From Glaucostegus cemiculus (Eukaryota): DNA of 64,000 bases. Positions within the stretch are counted from its first letter, which is position 1; every line of letters starts with the position of its first letter. Shown one piece after another: positions 1 through 13,270 of the stretch. The stretch covers positions 1,984,001 through 2,048,000 of the forward strand of contig CDPCPM010000123.1 of the NCBI GenBank assembly GCA_976551045.1, written 5' to 3'. Both the position numbers and the translations under genes were made by a program. The notes under the pieces are model-generated. The model had not been told where the DNA came from, made no database searches, and saw only the letters and a list, made by a program, of their open reading frames with translations.

Positions 1-2364
1 TCAATTATTATCTGGCATTAATTATCAATTAGGCAACTGCACAAGGAATTCTAAAAGCTGTGAAGTTTACTTTTTGACTGTGGGTCAGAATGCAAGGATC
101 AGGGTTAGGAAGTAATCAGTGGGCCACCTCTTAACAGAACCATTGAATTAGGATGCATTCAATAACAATAGATGATTTGTGTTGTTAGAGAAGTAATGAC
201 AGGAAACTGAACTGAGGCTTTCTCCTTTAGTCGGATTCAGAGAATAGCATCAGGAATGGGTGTGATTTCTATGAAGGGTGTCATCTAAGGAAATCCCAAC
301 TACACTGGCTGTCAAAACAAAATAAAATACATCTTTAAAAAAAAATGTACAGATCAATTCATTGGTAATCCCAGGGAATCCAGTAGCACTACGTACAGCA
401 AAGATCAGATAGCCAAAAAGATATGATCCAAATATTTGCTTACATGGATACTGCCTCCTTGAGAATTGAATATTGACAACCACAAAAGACATGCCACTAA
501 AAACTGTTCAGCAGTGGAGATCTTCCACTGGCTGGTAAGCCACCTTCACTCAGTTACCTGTATTCAAACTATGGCTCTTACCCAGAGCAGGTTTCCAAAC
601 ACAATCTTATATACTTTGAAGCTGGCCCAGCATAGTGCATGGCCTTTTTAATCAAAAAGACCTACTCCCATAATTGCTTTCAGATACAGTTTAGCCTCAT
701 CCTTAGGATTACTAGCACTTTCTGTCAACACAATCACTAAGATTTGAATGTTTGCAGACATTCACAAACATTCAAACCAGCCAAAAGCTTAAAATTAAAC
801 ACACTACTAACGTGCTCTAACATTGCTACAATAAAAACTTAAAACATGGTAATTTATAGTTTTAAAACAGCTCCAATAAGAGTCAACTTACACTTAACTC
901 TTTGCTGTCCTTTCTTCCCTTTGAAAGAATGCATTCACTTGAAGTGCTCAAATCCAGCAGACAGATTTCCCAATGTATGGTAGACAATCTATGGAAATTT
1001 GTGCCAATGCCCACTGGACTCCCCAGACAACCCAATGGCAGATCTTAGTTGCTCCAAGGCAAACTGAAGGGTATTAATTATTAGATCTGGAACAATATTT
1101 GAAGCACCAATCCAAAATAAATGTATCTTATTACTACAAAAGATGTAGAAACAACACTGAGAAAACAATTATTCCATGCTTTCATTTAGAGGAGAATTGC
1201 TGCAGGACCAATGAACTGAGTTTTAATTGACAGAAACTGTGGGAAGGAACATACTAGAATTAACATTGAATTATTTTTAATTCTAGCATCAACACTTTAA
1301 GTAATCACCCATCTATGTGACACTCTAAATTTAGTCACTTAATTTCTGCCCCAACAACTGATGAACCTTAACCAAAGTTCAATTTACTGTCACCTAGTCT
1401 CAAGCTCTATCCAATTACTAACATTTAAAGAAATAAAACACACTATTTTCACAATTCAAACAGCCAGTTCTAAAATTATGCAAATTGAACAACATATTTC
1501 ACTAAAATCCAAATAATTCAATTCCAAAACCAATAGGAAGACCCTAAAAAAAATTAATCACAGATGTCTCATTCTACTTGAAGGAAATAAAGATCTCAAG
1601 AATTAAACTACTGCAGAGAACTTCATAAAATAGACCTTGCTTTCCTTAGTTTTCTTGCACTGTGCACAATCATCTGTTATCTCTCACATCCTTTAATTAT
1701 TCTACTCTGGCCTTTGCTGCAACCTATTCTCCCTCCAATCCACGTCTAGGAGCAAAGCTGTCAACCAACGTAGTCTTACTCTTGGAACTCTATGCATCAC
1801 TTCGCTCTTGACATTCTCAGACCCTTTCCCATAAACAAAGAATATGAGCATGTTTTCTAACTCTTTATTCATGGTCTTGATGTCTATTCCATTAACTTTT
1901 TTTCTACTTTCTCCCCAGTAAAATACCATGATAAATTGTCTACACTTGGAGCAGCTAAAACTACAAATCCAGAAAGTTAAACCAACAGAATTTTACACGC
2001 TAAGATCTGATATGGGAATTAAAATTGAACTTGAATGTTAATATCAGACAGCCTTAAGCAATAGAAATTTACATTTACTTTTCTGGAGATGACCAAAACA
2101 AATAATCACTGAACTCACCAATAACTAGTCTAGGCTTCACAAAGGTCATTCAGCTCTGTAATTCTTAACAAGAATTGTTTAAACAGGGACTGAGGAGCTG
2201 AATTCCAGAGCTGAGGTGAGAGCAAATACCTTTGGCATCAAAGCAAATTTTGAAAGAATGTGGCATCAAAAACCAGCTAAAACTGTAATCCAGATGGTCA
2301 TCCAAAACTTGAGTTAGAGCATGCATAAAGAAAGATGGATAACTCACCCTCACAATATCATTTC

Positions 2365-2720
2365 ACGACATCCTCAGGACAGTATCCTACAGGCAACAAC
2401 CTTCAGCTGCTTTATCAATAGCCTTACTTCTATCAAGTTGTCGAGTAGGAGTGTTCACTGACGACTGCAATATTCAATTCTATTTGCACCTCCTCAGTAA
2501 GTAAAGCAGTCCATGCCTGCACACATCCGTATCTAGATAAGATTCAAGCATGGACTGCTATTTGGCAAGTAAAATCAATGCCACACAAACGCAAGGTAAT
2601 GACCATTTCAACAAGAGGGAGTCTCACCACCTACCAGTGATGATTAATAGCATTATCACAAGTGCGTGATAGAATCTGCCCTAATGGATACAGCACCAGT
2701 AATAAGAAATTAAGAAGATC
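2365..2720 (+). mobile_element. Ancient CR1-group LINE, RT fragment; continues at ~5457-5790 after nested insertions
   Basis: Degenerate match to PQG..L.PT.FSCFIN.L / G.F.DDC / D.IQAW...WQV motifs. The sequence breaks at AAGAAGATC (~2712-2720), resumes at AGAAGCTCAAC (~5457) and ends in a typical 3' UTR near 5790. Confidence 0.6.
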
Positions 2721-2780
2721 CAAAGGATTGAGATGCTTGGGATCCACAGTGACTTGGTAGCTTGGATTCAGAATTAGCTT

Positions 2781-4085
2781 AAAGATGTACTGGCTGACAT
2801 CTTCAACATCTCCCTACAGCAGGCTGTTGTTCCTAAGTGCCTAAAATCTGCCACCATCATACCTGTTCCTAAGAAGTCTCCTCCAATGTGTCTGAATGAC
2901 TACCGTCCCATAGCTCTAACACCGATTGTCATGAAATGCTTTGAGAGGCTAGTTATGAAGCACATTAGAGCCATCCTCCCCCCATCCTTGGATCCTCATC
3001 AGTATGTTTATCGGGCAAACAGGTCCACCGATGATGCAGTCTCCTCTGCCATGCACTCTGCACTATATCACTTAAAGAAGGATTCATACTGCCGACTGTT
3101 ATTCATCGACTTCAGCTCCGCTTTCAATACCATCGTCCCGCAACAGCTAATCAGGAAGTTGAGCGCTCTGGGCATTAACTCTCCTCTCTGCAACTGGATA
3201 CTGGATTTTCTAACTTGCAGGCCGCAGTCAGTCAAAATTGGTGAAAACACCTCAAGCACCATCACACTGAGCACTGGCTCCCCACAGGGTTGTGTGCTCA
3301 GTCTGCTCCTGTTCACCTTGTTGACTCACGACTGAGAGGCCAGATCCAGCTCCAACCGCATTGTTAAATTTGCCGATGACACAACAGTGGTGGGTCTTGT
3401 CACGAATGACGATGAGTCGGACTACAGAGAGGAGGTGAAACAACTAGCCGTGTGGTGCTATGACAACAACCTCTCCTTGAATGTGGATAAAACCAAGGAG
3501 ATGATAGTGGATTTTAGGAGGGGTCACCGTGTGCACGCCCCGCTGACCATCAACGGGTCTGCTGTGGAACAAGTACGCAGCACCAAGTTCCTGGGGGTGC
3601 ACATCACCAACGACCTGACCTGGTCCACTAACATTACGGCCCTCACGACGAAAGCTCAGAAACGCCTCTACTTCCTGCGGAGACTGAGGAAAGTGTACCC
3701 CCATCCCTCCGTCATGAAAACCTTCTATACGGGGACCATTGAGAGCATCCTAACTCAATGTATCACTGTTTGGTTTGGAAGCTGCTCAGCTGCTGGGCGG
3801 AAGTCCCTCCAGAAGATAGTTAGGGCTGCGGAGTGGATCATACGTGTCTCGCTTCCATCCCTTGCAGACATATACAAAGACCGTTGTGTGAGGAAGACCA
3901 AAAGCATAATGGCAGACCCTTCTCACCCCTCCCACCACCTTTTCACAATTTTGCCATCAGGGAGGAGGCTTAAATGTATCAGGGCAAGAACGACCAGGCT
4001 GAACAATAGCTTCTTTCTGCAAGCCATCAGAACTGCAAACTCTCTCATCCCTCCATCTTCCTTTGTTAACACTAAGAGATGCTAG
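2781..4085 (+). pseudogene. Rex1-like reverse transcriptase ORF remnant with one premature stop
   Basis: ORFs 2886-3335 and 3387-4085 are in the same frame, separated only by TGA at 3333-3335 (THD*; Cys expected). Confidence 0.85.
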
Positions 4086-4376
4086 GTGCACAGAAATGCA
4101 CCAGCACTTTAAATGCCCGACACCAGTCCGTTCACTTTAATAACTAGTTATTTATTTACCGGCCATTTTTAATTTAATCTGCATACTAATTTAATTTTAA
4201 CTTCCATAGCTCTTAATGTTTAATGTTTTGTAATGTTTATTCTGTCAAGTGTGTATGTGTCTCTCTGTTGGTTGTTATATTATTTTATGGGACGAGCACC
4301 TGAGGAGGACGGTATCTCGCTCCTATGCATACTATGTATGTATATGGTTGTGACAATAAAACTGATTCTGATTCTG
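2781..4376 (+). mobile_element. Young 5'-truncated Rex1/Babar-clade non-LTR retrotransposon
   Basis: RT motifs [47 protein letters not shown] and FLGVHIT. 3' UTR has AATAAA and a (GATTCT)n tail. Flanked by AGCTT at 2776-2780 and 4377-4381. Confidence 0.9.
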
Positions 4377-6175
4377 AGCTTGCCCATACAAGACAGCGGG
4401 TAATGGTGGAAGGATGTTATTCTAGCTAGAAATCTGTGATCAGTGTTGTTCCGCAAAGATCAGTGCTGGGTCCTCTGAAGTTTGTGATATATATTTTAAA
4501 AAAGCATCAAAAATACACAAAAGTGTACATAAATTTGTTGATAACACAAAAATTGGTTGAGGTATGGAGGACAGTGAAGGTGGTTGTCAAAGGATACAGC
4601 AGGATATAGATCAATTACACATATGGGTGCAGAAATAGTAGATGGATTTTAATTCAGGTGTGTGAGGTGTTGCACTTTGGGAGGTCAAATGTAAGGGGAA
4701 AATATGCAGTTAATAGCAGGATCCTTAACATCATTGATCTGCAGAGGGATCTTGGGGTGCAAGTCCATAGCTCCCTAAAAGTGGCAACACAAGTAGATAG
4801 AGCAGTAAAGGCAGCATACTGCATGCTTCCCTTCATTGGTTAGGGCATGAGTACAAGAGTCAAGAAGTCACATTGCAGCTGTATAAAACATCAGTTAGCC
4901 TGCACTTGGAAGTATTGTGCACAGTTCTGGTCGCCCCATTACAGGAAGGATGCAGAGGCTTAGGAGAGGGTACAAAAGAGTTTTACCAGGATGCAACCTG
5001 GATTATAGTGCATGAGCTATAAACAAACTTGGGTTGTTTTCTTTGGAGTGGAGGCTGAGAGGAGACGTTACAGAAGTTTATAAGATTACAAAAGGCAGAG
5101 ATAGGGTAGACAGTCAGAATTCCACACCCCCCCCCCCCCCCGGTAGAAATGTCAAATACTGGCAGGCAAAGCTTTAAAAATGAAAGGGGGAAGTTTAAAG
5201 AATGTGTGGGGCAAACCGCTGCTTTCGTTTTAAACACAGAGTGATAGGTGCTTGGCATGCACTGCCAGGGGTGGTGGTGGAAGCACATAAGATAGTGTTT
5301 TAAGAGGCTTTTAGAGTGCCACATGAAAATGCTGGAAATGGAGGGATATGGATCATGTGCAAACTACAGGATTAGCTTTATTTGGCATCACGTTCAGCAC
5401 AGATATCATGGGCAGAGGGCCTGTTCCTGTGTTGTACTGCTATGTTCTAACATGGGAGAAGCTCAACATCAAGAAGCCATTCCTACTCTGATAGTGTGTC
5501 CTCAATCCATACCCTCTACCACTAAGGAGGTCAATCTTTCAGGTGCATGGGATTCTCTTATCATTCTCAGCTTTGAATGCACTTAGTGACATCAAGTCAT
5601 ATAAATCCTGACATTTGCCATTCCAATATTGCTGGGTCTAAATCGTGGAACTCCCTACTAAATCACATTCACCAGAAGGACCATAATGGTTCAAGAAAAT
5701 AGCTTTCTGCCATCTTTTCAAAGGCAACCAGACATAGGAAATAAATATGACTTTATCAGTGATACACATATCAAACAATGGAAGACAAAACTTCAGTTTT
5801 GCACTGGATAATCTATTGTAGGATTTCACCTTCCAAATTTAACACTGCAATGCAGTACATGAGCATCAGCGATCCATATTTGTGCAATCATACTTTTATT
5901 TTTGAGAAGAATCACTATATGTGCTGGGCAACAAAATACTAATCATATTGAAGAACATGCTGAAATTATGTTCAGCACCTTATGAGCTGTAACAATAATA
6001 AGAACTCCCCAAATACACACAAGTGTTTAGCTCTGTTGACCCAAGAGTTCTGCAATAAAAATTCTCCATTTCATTTGAAACCACTCACATGCAGCAAGGT
6101 GTAAATAACATCAGTAATAATGTGGTGCACTTGCCAGCATTAGATTAATAATGGAAAAAAACGGGAAATGTGTTA

Positions 6176-6710
6176 GAACATAGAAAAACTATAGCACAAT
6201 TCAGGCCCTTCGGCCCACAAAGCTGTGCCGAACATGTCCCTACACTAGAAATTACTGGGCATTCCCATAGCCCTCTATTTTACTTAGCTCCATGTACCTA
6301 TCTAACAGTCTCTTGAAAGACCCTATCGTATTTGCCTCCACCACTGCTTCCGGCAGCCCATTCCACGCACTCACCACTCTCTGAGTAAAAAACTTTCCCC
6401 TGACATCTCTATATCTACTCCCCAGCACCTTAAACCTATGTCCTCTTGTGGCCACCATTTCAGCCCTGGGGAAAAGCCTCTGACTATCTACCCTATCCTT
6501 ACCTCTCATCATCTTATATACCTCTATCAGGTCCCCCCTCATCCTCCTCCTCTCCAAGGAGAAAAGGCCGAGTTCCTGCAACCTGCTCTCATAAGGCATG
6601 CTCCGCATTCCAGGCAGCAGCCTCATAAACCTCCTCTGCATCCTCTCAATGGCTTCCACATCTTTCCTGTAGTGAGGCAACCAGAACTGGGGACAATATT
6701 CCAAGTGGAC
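6176..6710 (-). mobile_element. Young CR1 3' fragment
   Basis: ORF 6252-6725: HLEYCPQFWLPHYRKDVEAIERMQRRF...LGLFSLERRRMRGDLIEVYK. CR1 3' tail at ~6176-6240. Near-identical to 14597-15141. Confidence 0.9.
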
Positions 6711-7669
6711 AAGCTGTGCTGGCATTCTGGAGCAACCAAAGGATTAAGAATATTCAGGAGGAAAATAAGAGTTTACATTATATTCAGTAAGTCTGTAACT
6801 TTCTAGTTGAGCAAGGTGTCTGCAGCAAAGTTAATTTTCAAATTCACATCTTTTCACACCCTTCTATAAATCTGTGACACTGGGAGAAGGATCCTTTCTG
6901 TTCACATGCAAATTCTTTAATTCAGGAAGATGCAGTTCTTGAATGGTGATATTTCCCCAGCATCCATTGTATCAGAGAGACCATTTCACCCCTTGGTTTG
7001 TTCCATGAAGGAATTCATTCATGGGCAATAGTATATCTGCAACAGTTGAAACTGCCTAAAATGCTTCCTATTATACAAAAATTGATGCTTTTAAAAATGT
7101 AACTGCAAATTCACATTTACTTGCGCAAAATAAACTCATGAAGATACCAAAGAATTTGCAAAGTGAATTAAAGTATTCCCAAATCATTAAGTTCCAGATA
7201 CAGAAACTTCACAGTGATTTGCCCTGCATTTTATATCAAAAGAACTACACTTTTAAATACTGTGTGGATTCTCAAAGCTTTTTGTATGTTTTACCATATT
7301 ATAACATGGGTCTCATCAAGGAGGTTTCATTGTAATGAAGTGGCTAAAATCTGTAATTTAATGTGAGAATAAAATCGGCCATGCATACATCTACTCTACC
7401 ATTACATGGTGTTAAATCTTTCAGCAACCACTCTTCTGCTCCTTGAAAATGTGTGCTTTTCAACTGCGTAGACAGAAAGCCAATCAAAAAATGATGCTGC
7501 AAATTACATTACTGGATGAATTTACTTTTGCTTATCGTTTGATGATACAAAAGCATCATCTTTAGGAATAAGTCAAATTAGAAACACCTGCATTACAGAT
7601 GGATTCCAATATTATGCTGCCTCCTTCAGTGAGTCAGATTGATCAAAGTGAATTTGTACATGAAGCAAT

Positions 7670-8560
7670 TGTCATCTATAATTGCCAACTGTTTCACAAA
7701 GGCAACAATAGTTGCGAGAAGTACAATTAAACATTGGCTTTTTGGGTTGAGGGCAATGCATTACAGTGGATAAACAACTAGTTAAAAGAGTGTGTGGGGT
7801 AGGGATAAATGCATCATGTTCAAGCGTGCATGCCAACTCAGGAGTCAATGCTTCGACCTCAGCTATCTTCAATCTATTTCAATGATTTAGAAAAAAGAAA
7901 CCAAATGTAATGCTAATGATATTGGAAAGGTCGCAAATTCAGTTGCAGGAAGCAACAAACAATTTGCTGGAGGAATTCAGTGGGTCAACCAGCATCTGTG
8001 GGAGAAAAGGAAATGTCAATGTTTCGGGTCAAAAACTTGCATCAGAACCTTACATCGACAATTCATTTCCTCCCACGGATTCTGCTCGACCCACTGAGTT
8101 ACTCTAGCAGTTTGCTTGTTGCTCCAGATTCCAGCATCTGCTGTCTCCTGTCTCAGTTGCAGGAACAATCAGCAAGGGACAGGTGAGTGAGCAGAGTGCA
8201 GTGAAGGTTCACTAAATTGATTCCTGGGAATAAAAGATTTGCCCAATGAACAAAGATGAAACAGAACAGGTCTACTAGCTTGAGTTGACAAGAATGAGAC
8301 AATCTCAGGTTTTAAGTCCCTTTAAAATTACAAATGAGTCAGAGTAGGTAAAGATATTCCCCAGGTAGGGTAGTCCAAAACTAGGGGTCATTGTCTGAGG
8401 ATTAAGGAGTCAATCACTTAAGATATGCATGAGGAGAAGCTGTCTTAGGGGAATTTGAATTCTCAAATATGAATTGAAGCCAATGATCAAATCTGCTTTG
8501 ATCTTACTGAATAAAAGCAGACTTGAGCCACCACATGACCAACTCCTGCTCTTATTATGT
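7670..8560 (+). mobile_element. Old CR1 fragments, interrupted by a Penelope-derived mini-element
   Basis: Degenerate RT segment (QGSMLRPQL..IYFNDL) and a 3' segment with GAAGGTTCACTA.ATTGATTCCTGG and a CR1-like tail. Confidence 0.55.
7952..8152. mobile_element. Penelope-derived fold-back mini-element with 13-bp TSD
   Basis: ~70-bp imperfect inverted arms (7951-8022 vs 8052-8123). Ends GATTCCAGCATCTGCTGTCTC. TCAGTTGCAGGAA at 7939-7951 and 8153-8165. Confidence 0.8.
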
Positions 8561-8825
8561 CAGGTTCCACTTTTAAGTTCATTGAAAATTCATCACTCTG
8601 ACTTTCAGCAAAAATTGAACCACCACCTAAATAAAATCTTGATATTTAAAGTAACAGGTTACACTGCACATCGAGTATGCAGTACAGTAAATTCTGTCGC
8701 CATATTGAGATACTAGATTAAGTTCGACACCATTAATAGAAATTTTTACAATACTTCAAAATACATCAAAACCAAATGTTCTTAAACTAAGGGTGTGTTA
8801 AAATATTAAAAATGTTAACTTGGCC

Positions 8826-8946
8826 ATTCTGATAAAGTATCTCTGTCCTGAAACATTAGCTCTGTTTCTTTCCACAAAAGCTACCTGGCTAGCTGAACAT
8901 TTCCATCAATTTTTGCTTTCATTTCAGATTTCCAGCATCTGCAAAT
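8826..8946 (+). mobile_element. Penelope pLTR fragment with degenerate hammerhead core
   Basis: CTGATAA...CTGAAACATT followed by ...CAGATTTCCAGCATCTGCA, the same terminus as the other copies. Confidence 0.6.
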
Positions 8947-9464
8947 TGATTCACATTGACCTCCAAGAGACCTGACAATAATTATAATGTATTTCTGCAA
9001 ATAGAGGCTGCAAACAAATTGAACCAAGTCCATCCTCAGAGACTTTAACCCTCAACAACCACTAAGGCCATTCATCTCCACACCACCTTATACAAGAAGT
9101 TACAACATAATCCAATACCATCCTACCAATGTGCGACTTTTCATAATAATCATCCACTGGAATGTCAGAGAGATCAAGGGTCAGGTGAAAGTATATAAAC
9201 TAGCTTGAGCAAGGTAGGGTGATAGTACTGTGGTCCATCTCTGCAAAGCTAATGGCATTCTTAATGGCCTCTTACTGTGAAATTGCTGCTAGCATTCAAA
9301 CCAAATATGTGAATGATGTGAATGTCCAGTTAAACTCTGCATGCACATCACAAGCAGCCCGTAAAATATATCAGTTCAATGCTTAATGATGTTGGCCAGT
9401 AGTGCTCCGAGGCATTTCTTGTGATGATACTACAAACAACAAGGTCATCTAACTGAACGACAAA

Positions 9465-10715
9465 TCATATCAAGCCATCTTGAAAGAGGTTTTTCAAGAG
9501 CCAGATAGAGCTGATGTAGATAATGCAGTTGATATGGTGTACATGAACATCCAGAAGGCTTTTTAATAAGGTGTTATACAAAAGGCCTACGGAACAGCAA
9601 ATTTGAAGCACATGGCATAAAAGAGATATTGATAGTGTATATTCTAAGTTGGCAAGTAACAAACAGAATCGTGAATTGTTTTTCAGGCTGGAGTAAGATG
9701 AATACCATCATTTTACAGGGATTAGTATTGAGACCATTGCTTTATTGATACCAATGACTACGATCTGGGGGTGCAAGCCATAACTTCTACATTTTGGATG
9801 ACAAACCTTAGGAGTGCTGTGAACCATGAAGAAGACAGTGACAGCTTACAGAAGGAAATGAGCACACAGCAGAAGAAATTTAATGTGGAGAAATGAGGTG
9901 CTGTATTTTGGTAGAAAGAAATGAGGCAATAATAGAACAGAAGATTAAAATCAGAAAAGGCTGGGCATGCACAGCAGGACAGGCAGCAACTGTAGAAACA
10001 GAGTTAATGTTTCAGGTTGTAGACCCTTTGATAGTGTCCCAAATGGGGAACAGGAGATGAGGGACCTGGAGGCACAAATCATTAAAAGTGGCTGAGCAAG
10101 TTGAAAGAGCAGTTAATAAGGCATACACAATATTGGGCCATATCAACAAAGGCACAGAGTAAAAAGGAGAGAAGTTTTCCAAAGCTTTATAATATATTGG
10201 TCCACCCTCAACACGAATATTGCATACAGTTCTGACCATCAAGGAGGATGCAAAATCATGGGGAAGAGTCCAGAGGAGATCACCAGGATGTTGCCTGGGA
10301 TGTAAAGTTTCAGTGGTGAGGAGAGTAGAGAGGCTGGGGTTGTTTTCCTTGGAGGGAAAGAGGCCAAGAGGTCCTGATGGCAATATGCAAAATCATGAGG
10401 AGGTGCAGATAGGAATCCTCTCCCCATTACAGATGTGTCTACAACTAGAGGGCATAGATTTAGGGCAAGGGATAAAAGGTTTATAGGGGGATCAGAGGAG
10501 GATTTATTTTTTGAGAAACACACCCAGACAGTTGGGACCTGGAACACACTGACTGAGGGGGTGGCGCAGGAAGCTACTCTCATTTAAGAAATACTTACAC
10601 GAATACTTGAACTGCCCAAGAACAGCAGGCTACAGACCAAGTTTTGTTAAATGGGATGGTTACTTGATTGCCATCATGAACATGGTAAGCAGAGAGGCCA
10701 TGTTTCTTTGTGACT
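9465..10715 (+). mobile_element. Old CR1 LINE (RT to 3' UTR), containing a Penelope pLTR fragment at ~9945-10030
   Basis: AVDMVYMNIQKAF..KV and ERLGLFSLEGKR remnants, plus a CR1-like tail near 10700. Confidence 0.7.
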
Positions 10716-12559
10716 CAGATCTGAACTGAGCACAGCTGCTGTGGTAACTTGATTCACAAATGATACATTTACAGTTCTCTGGAATATGACTGCAGCAAAC
10801 CTGATCAAATTGTTGAACATATAATAACACTTGTTCCTTCTAATAAATTGATGGTGGCATTGCAAGAATACATTCCCTCTCCTCAACAGCATCAACGATA
10901 GCACCATTAGTTTAATCAATCTTAAATTGTATTCGACAGTTGCTCCAAAATACATCAGTAGCGTGCAAGAAAATTCCTCACCTTTCCCTTAACTAGGTAC
11001 TACATTTGTCAATTTCTTAACCATCTTCTAAAAAAAGGTAGGTCACAATCATCACATAATCAACTACATTACTGATGAGAACCTGGATTTCATCAGCCAA
11101 AATTTGATTAATAAAATTACTACAGTTAGGATCAGGCAAGCTTCTTTTAAATAAACCACTCACAAAATGCCTCTCTCAAAAAAATAACACTTGTATTTCA
11201 TTTAATGAGGAACAGGAAAAAGGAATTTCAGAAGGCTGTGCATTAAGGGAAACTATGGATACCCTCTGTCCTCCAGAACAATTCAAGAATAAGAGATCCA
11301 GCCAAAGAAATTAGGTACAACAGAGCTTAATACTGTGTGGTAATCAGCTTCTAGGCCAGTTTCTTTTTAAAGACCAAATGTATTTAGGTTCACAGATCTC
11401 AAACCTAGAGGCAACGGAAGTGGGAGTTTTTGACTCTCGAGGCCAACAAGAACATAAAAAAAGAGATAAAAGAACAAATGAGCATGTCAACAACATCAAA
11501 GATGACATAAGGCAGTGGGGTTGGACAAAAGTAGTGATACAAGTAATGACAGATGTAAATGCAAGTATAGCAACGTACTGTCAAACTCCCAGAATTAGAA
11601 GCTGCATGATAGCAAGATAAAATAAAGCAGTTGCAGATTTCTCCAAGGGTGAGATTGCCCAGACAGGAGGGCAAAGAAGAAAGTTTTATTTCAGAGCTTA
11701 GATGCTTAACTCAAAAAAATCACAGAATGTATAAGTATTTTGTGTGAAGTAGCAAAGTGGTAGGTAAGTTATGCCTGAATTTGGTGTCTCTTTTATTCAG
11801 TTGAAACATTTTATTTCATTTTTACTGTCATTCAGCAGAAAATGGTTAATTTCAGTTATTAAACAATTCATGTATCAATTTTTGGTCTCTGAAAGCACAA
11901 CTAAATAGGCTTAAATTAAATGTCTGATTGTGCAAGCTACAGTGTGAATCATTTGATCATTTGAAAGCTAAATTACTCAGCTTCAGAGGAATATGCATGT
12001 AGGATCCCTACCATTTGTTAAACAATATTAAAGGCTGGCCTCAATTCTGCTCCTCTGAAAAAGGACATTTATTTTAGATCACTTTATTCACACGCGCACA
12101 AGAATGAGGCAAGCCTACTTCACAGTCTTTTGTGAAATAGATTTAATACACAGAGTGACCTAGTCAGTCACAACATCTCATTGGTTTTGTAACCAAGGCT
12201 GTTAACTGCTTGGTTTAACACTGAAAACTGTTCACCAAATTTCTAGGCACAAAATCTCTCAAAATTAACAACTATAACCCATTTCTGCCTGCACTTTTAC
12301 TCTTGTGGGTTTCTAATACTGTCACACTACTAACCATTGCACGCCATAGACAAATGGGATTGGTCAGTAACCTCTTGTTTTGAAAGTCACAGAGAGCACC
12401 CTGAAAGGAAAATGGAAATTCTGCATGCTTGCCATTCACTGCTTGCACCAATTTTTAAATCAGGCTTATGAAAACTGAAGTAAATTGGATTCCAGAAGAA
12501 AACTCCCCACTAGCTAGTTTCAATCATGACATAAAAGAAGATGATGCAGCCACAGCTAC

Positions 12560-13270
12560 AACTCAGGCCCAGAACATCACTACAGGAGTTCATTTTCAGC
12601 CTCTTTGTCCAAAACCTTCCCTCAAAAGTTGAGAAATGGGGGTGTTCACATAGCAATTAGTTCCATTTACTCTTCCTCACAATGGAAGTCAACAAGGCCT
12701 AGACAACTTTGAAATTTGGACTAATATGAATGCTAATTGCTTCCTGTTTTTTTTTAAAAACAGGTTAACAACCATCTCCAAAGTCTAACCATCATTTAAA
12801 CTTCAACCTTTGTTAAGTAGCCCACCAGGGTGGTCACATCAGAAGTTCTTATAGTCAATTAATATGAACAGAAGGTCAAAAACTTGGAAGTCTGTAATGA
12901 GTCATTCATTCACCAACATCCAAAGCCTACCCACAATCTATAGGCTGAAGCCAGGATCATGTTGAAGCACCCTCTGCTTACTTAGAACAGTGCAGTTTCA
13001 ACAATACTCCAGAGTCTTGATGAAATTAAGGATAAAAAGAAAAAAATCAGTTTGGGCTTCCCCAGAAAAGCTCAGTTCATAATCTACTACCCCAAACATT
13101 CACTCCCTTCACCACTTGTGTATCATGTCTACAGCATGTAAGATTTACAGGTGACAAATTGCAGTCATTCCCAAGGTTTGTTCAACAGCACCTCTCAAGT
13201 CTATGAGCATGATTATTTAGAAAGTCTAAGCAATGGGCAAATGAAAGATCAACTCCAAATCAACCATTAT
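12560..13270 (+). mobile_element. Ancient CR1-group LINE fragment, same family as 2365-2720
   Basis: CAGAACATCACTACAGGAGTTC... and CAACAATACTCCAGAGTCTTGATG..., matching the copies at 2365 and 36500. Confidence 0.5.

Larger units (their letters stand above)
2721..5450 (+). mobile_element. 5'-truncated, decayed CR1 LINE interrupted by a Rex1-like element
   Basis: GIHSDLVAWIQN*L at 2739-2780 resumes as AHTRQRVMVEG at 4382. CEVLHFGRSN...RDLGVQVHSSLKVATQVDRAVKAAY (ORF 4658-4843). CR1 tail ends CTATGTTCTA near 5449. Confidence 0.85.

Noticed and set aside
6880-7060. Possible minus-strand 5' UTR exon with several short AUG-ORFs
   Set aside because: The acceptors (TTTTAG, TTGCAG) are plausible but there is no clear donor; it cannot be separated from chance without RNA or conservation data.
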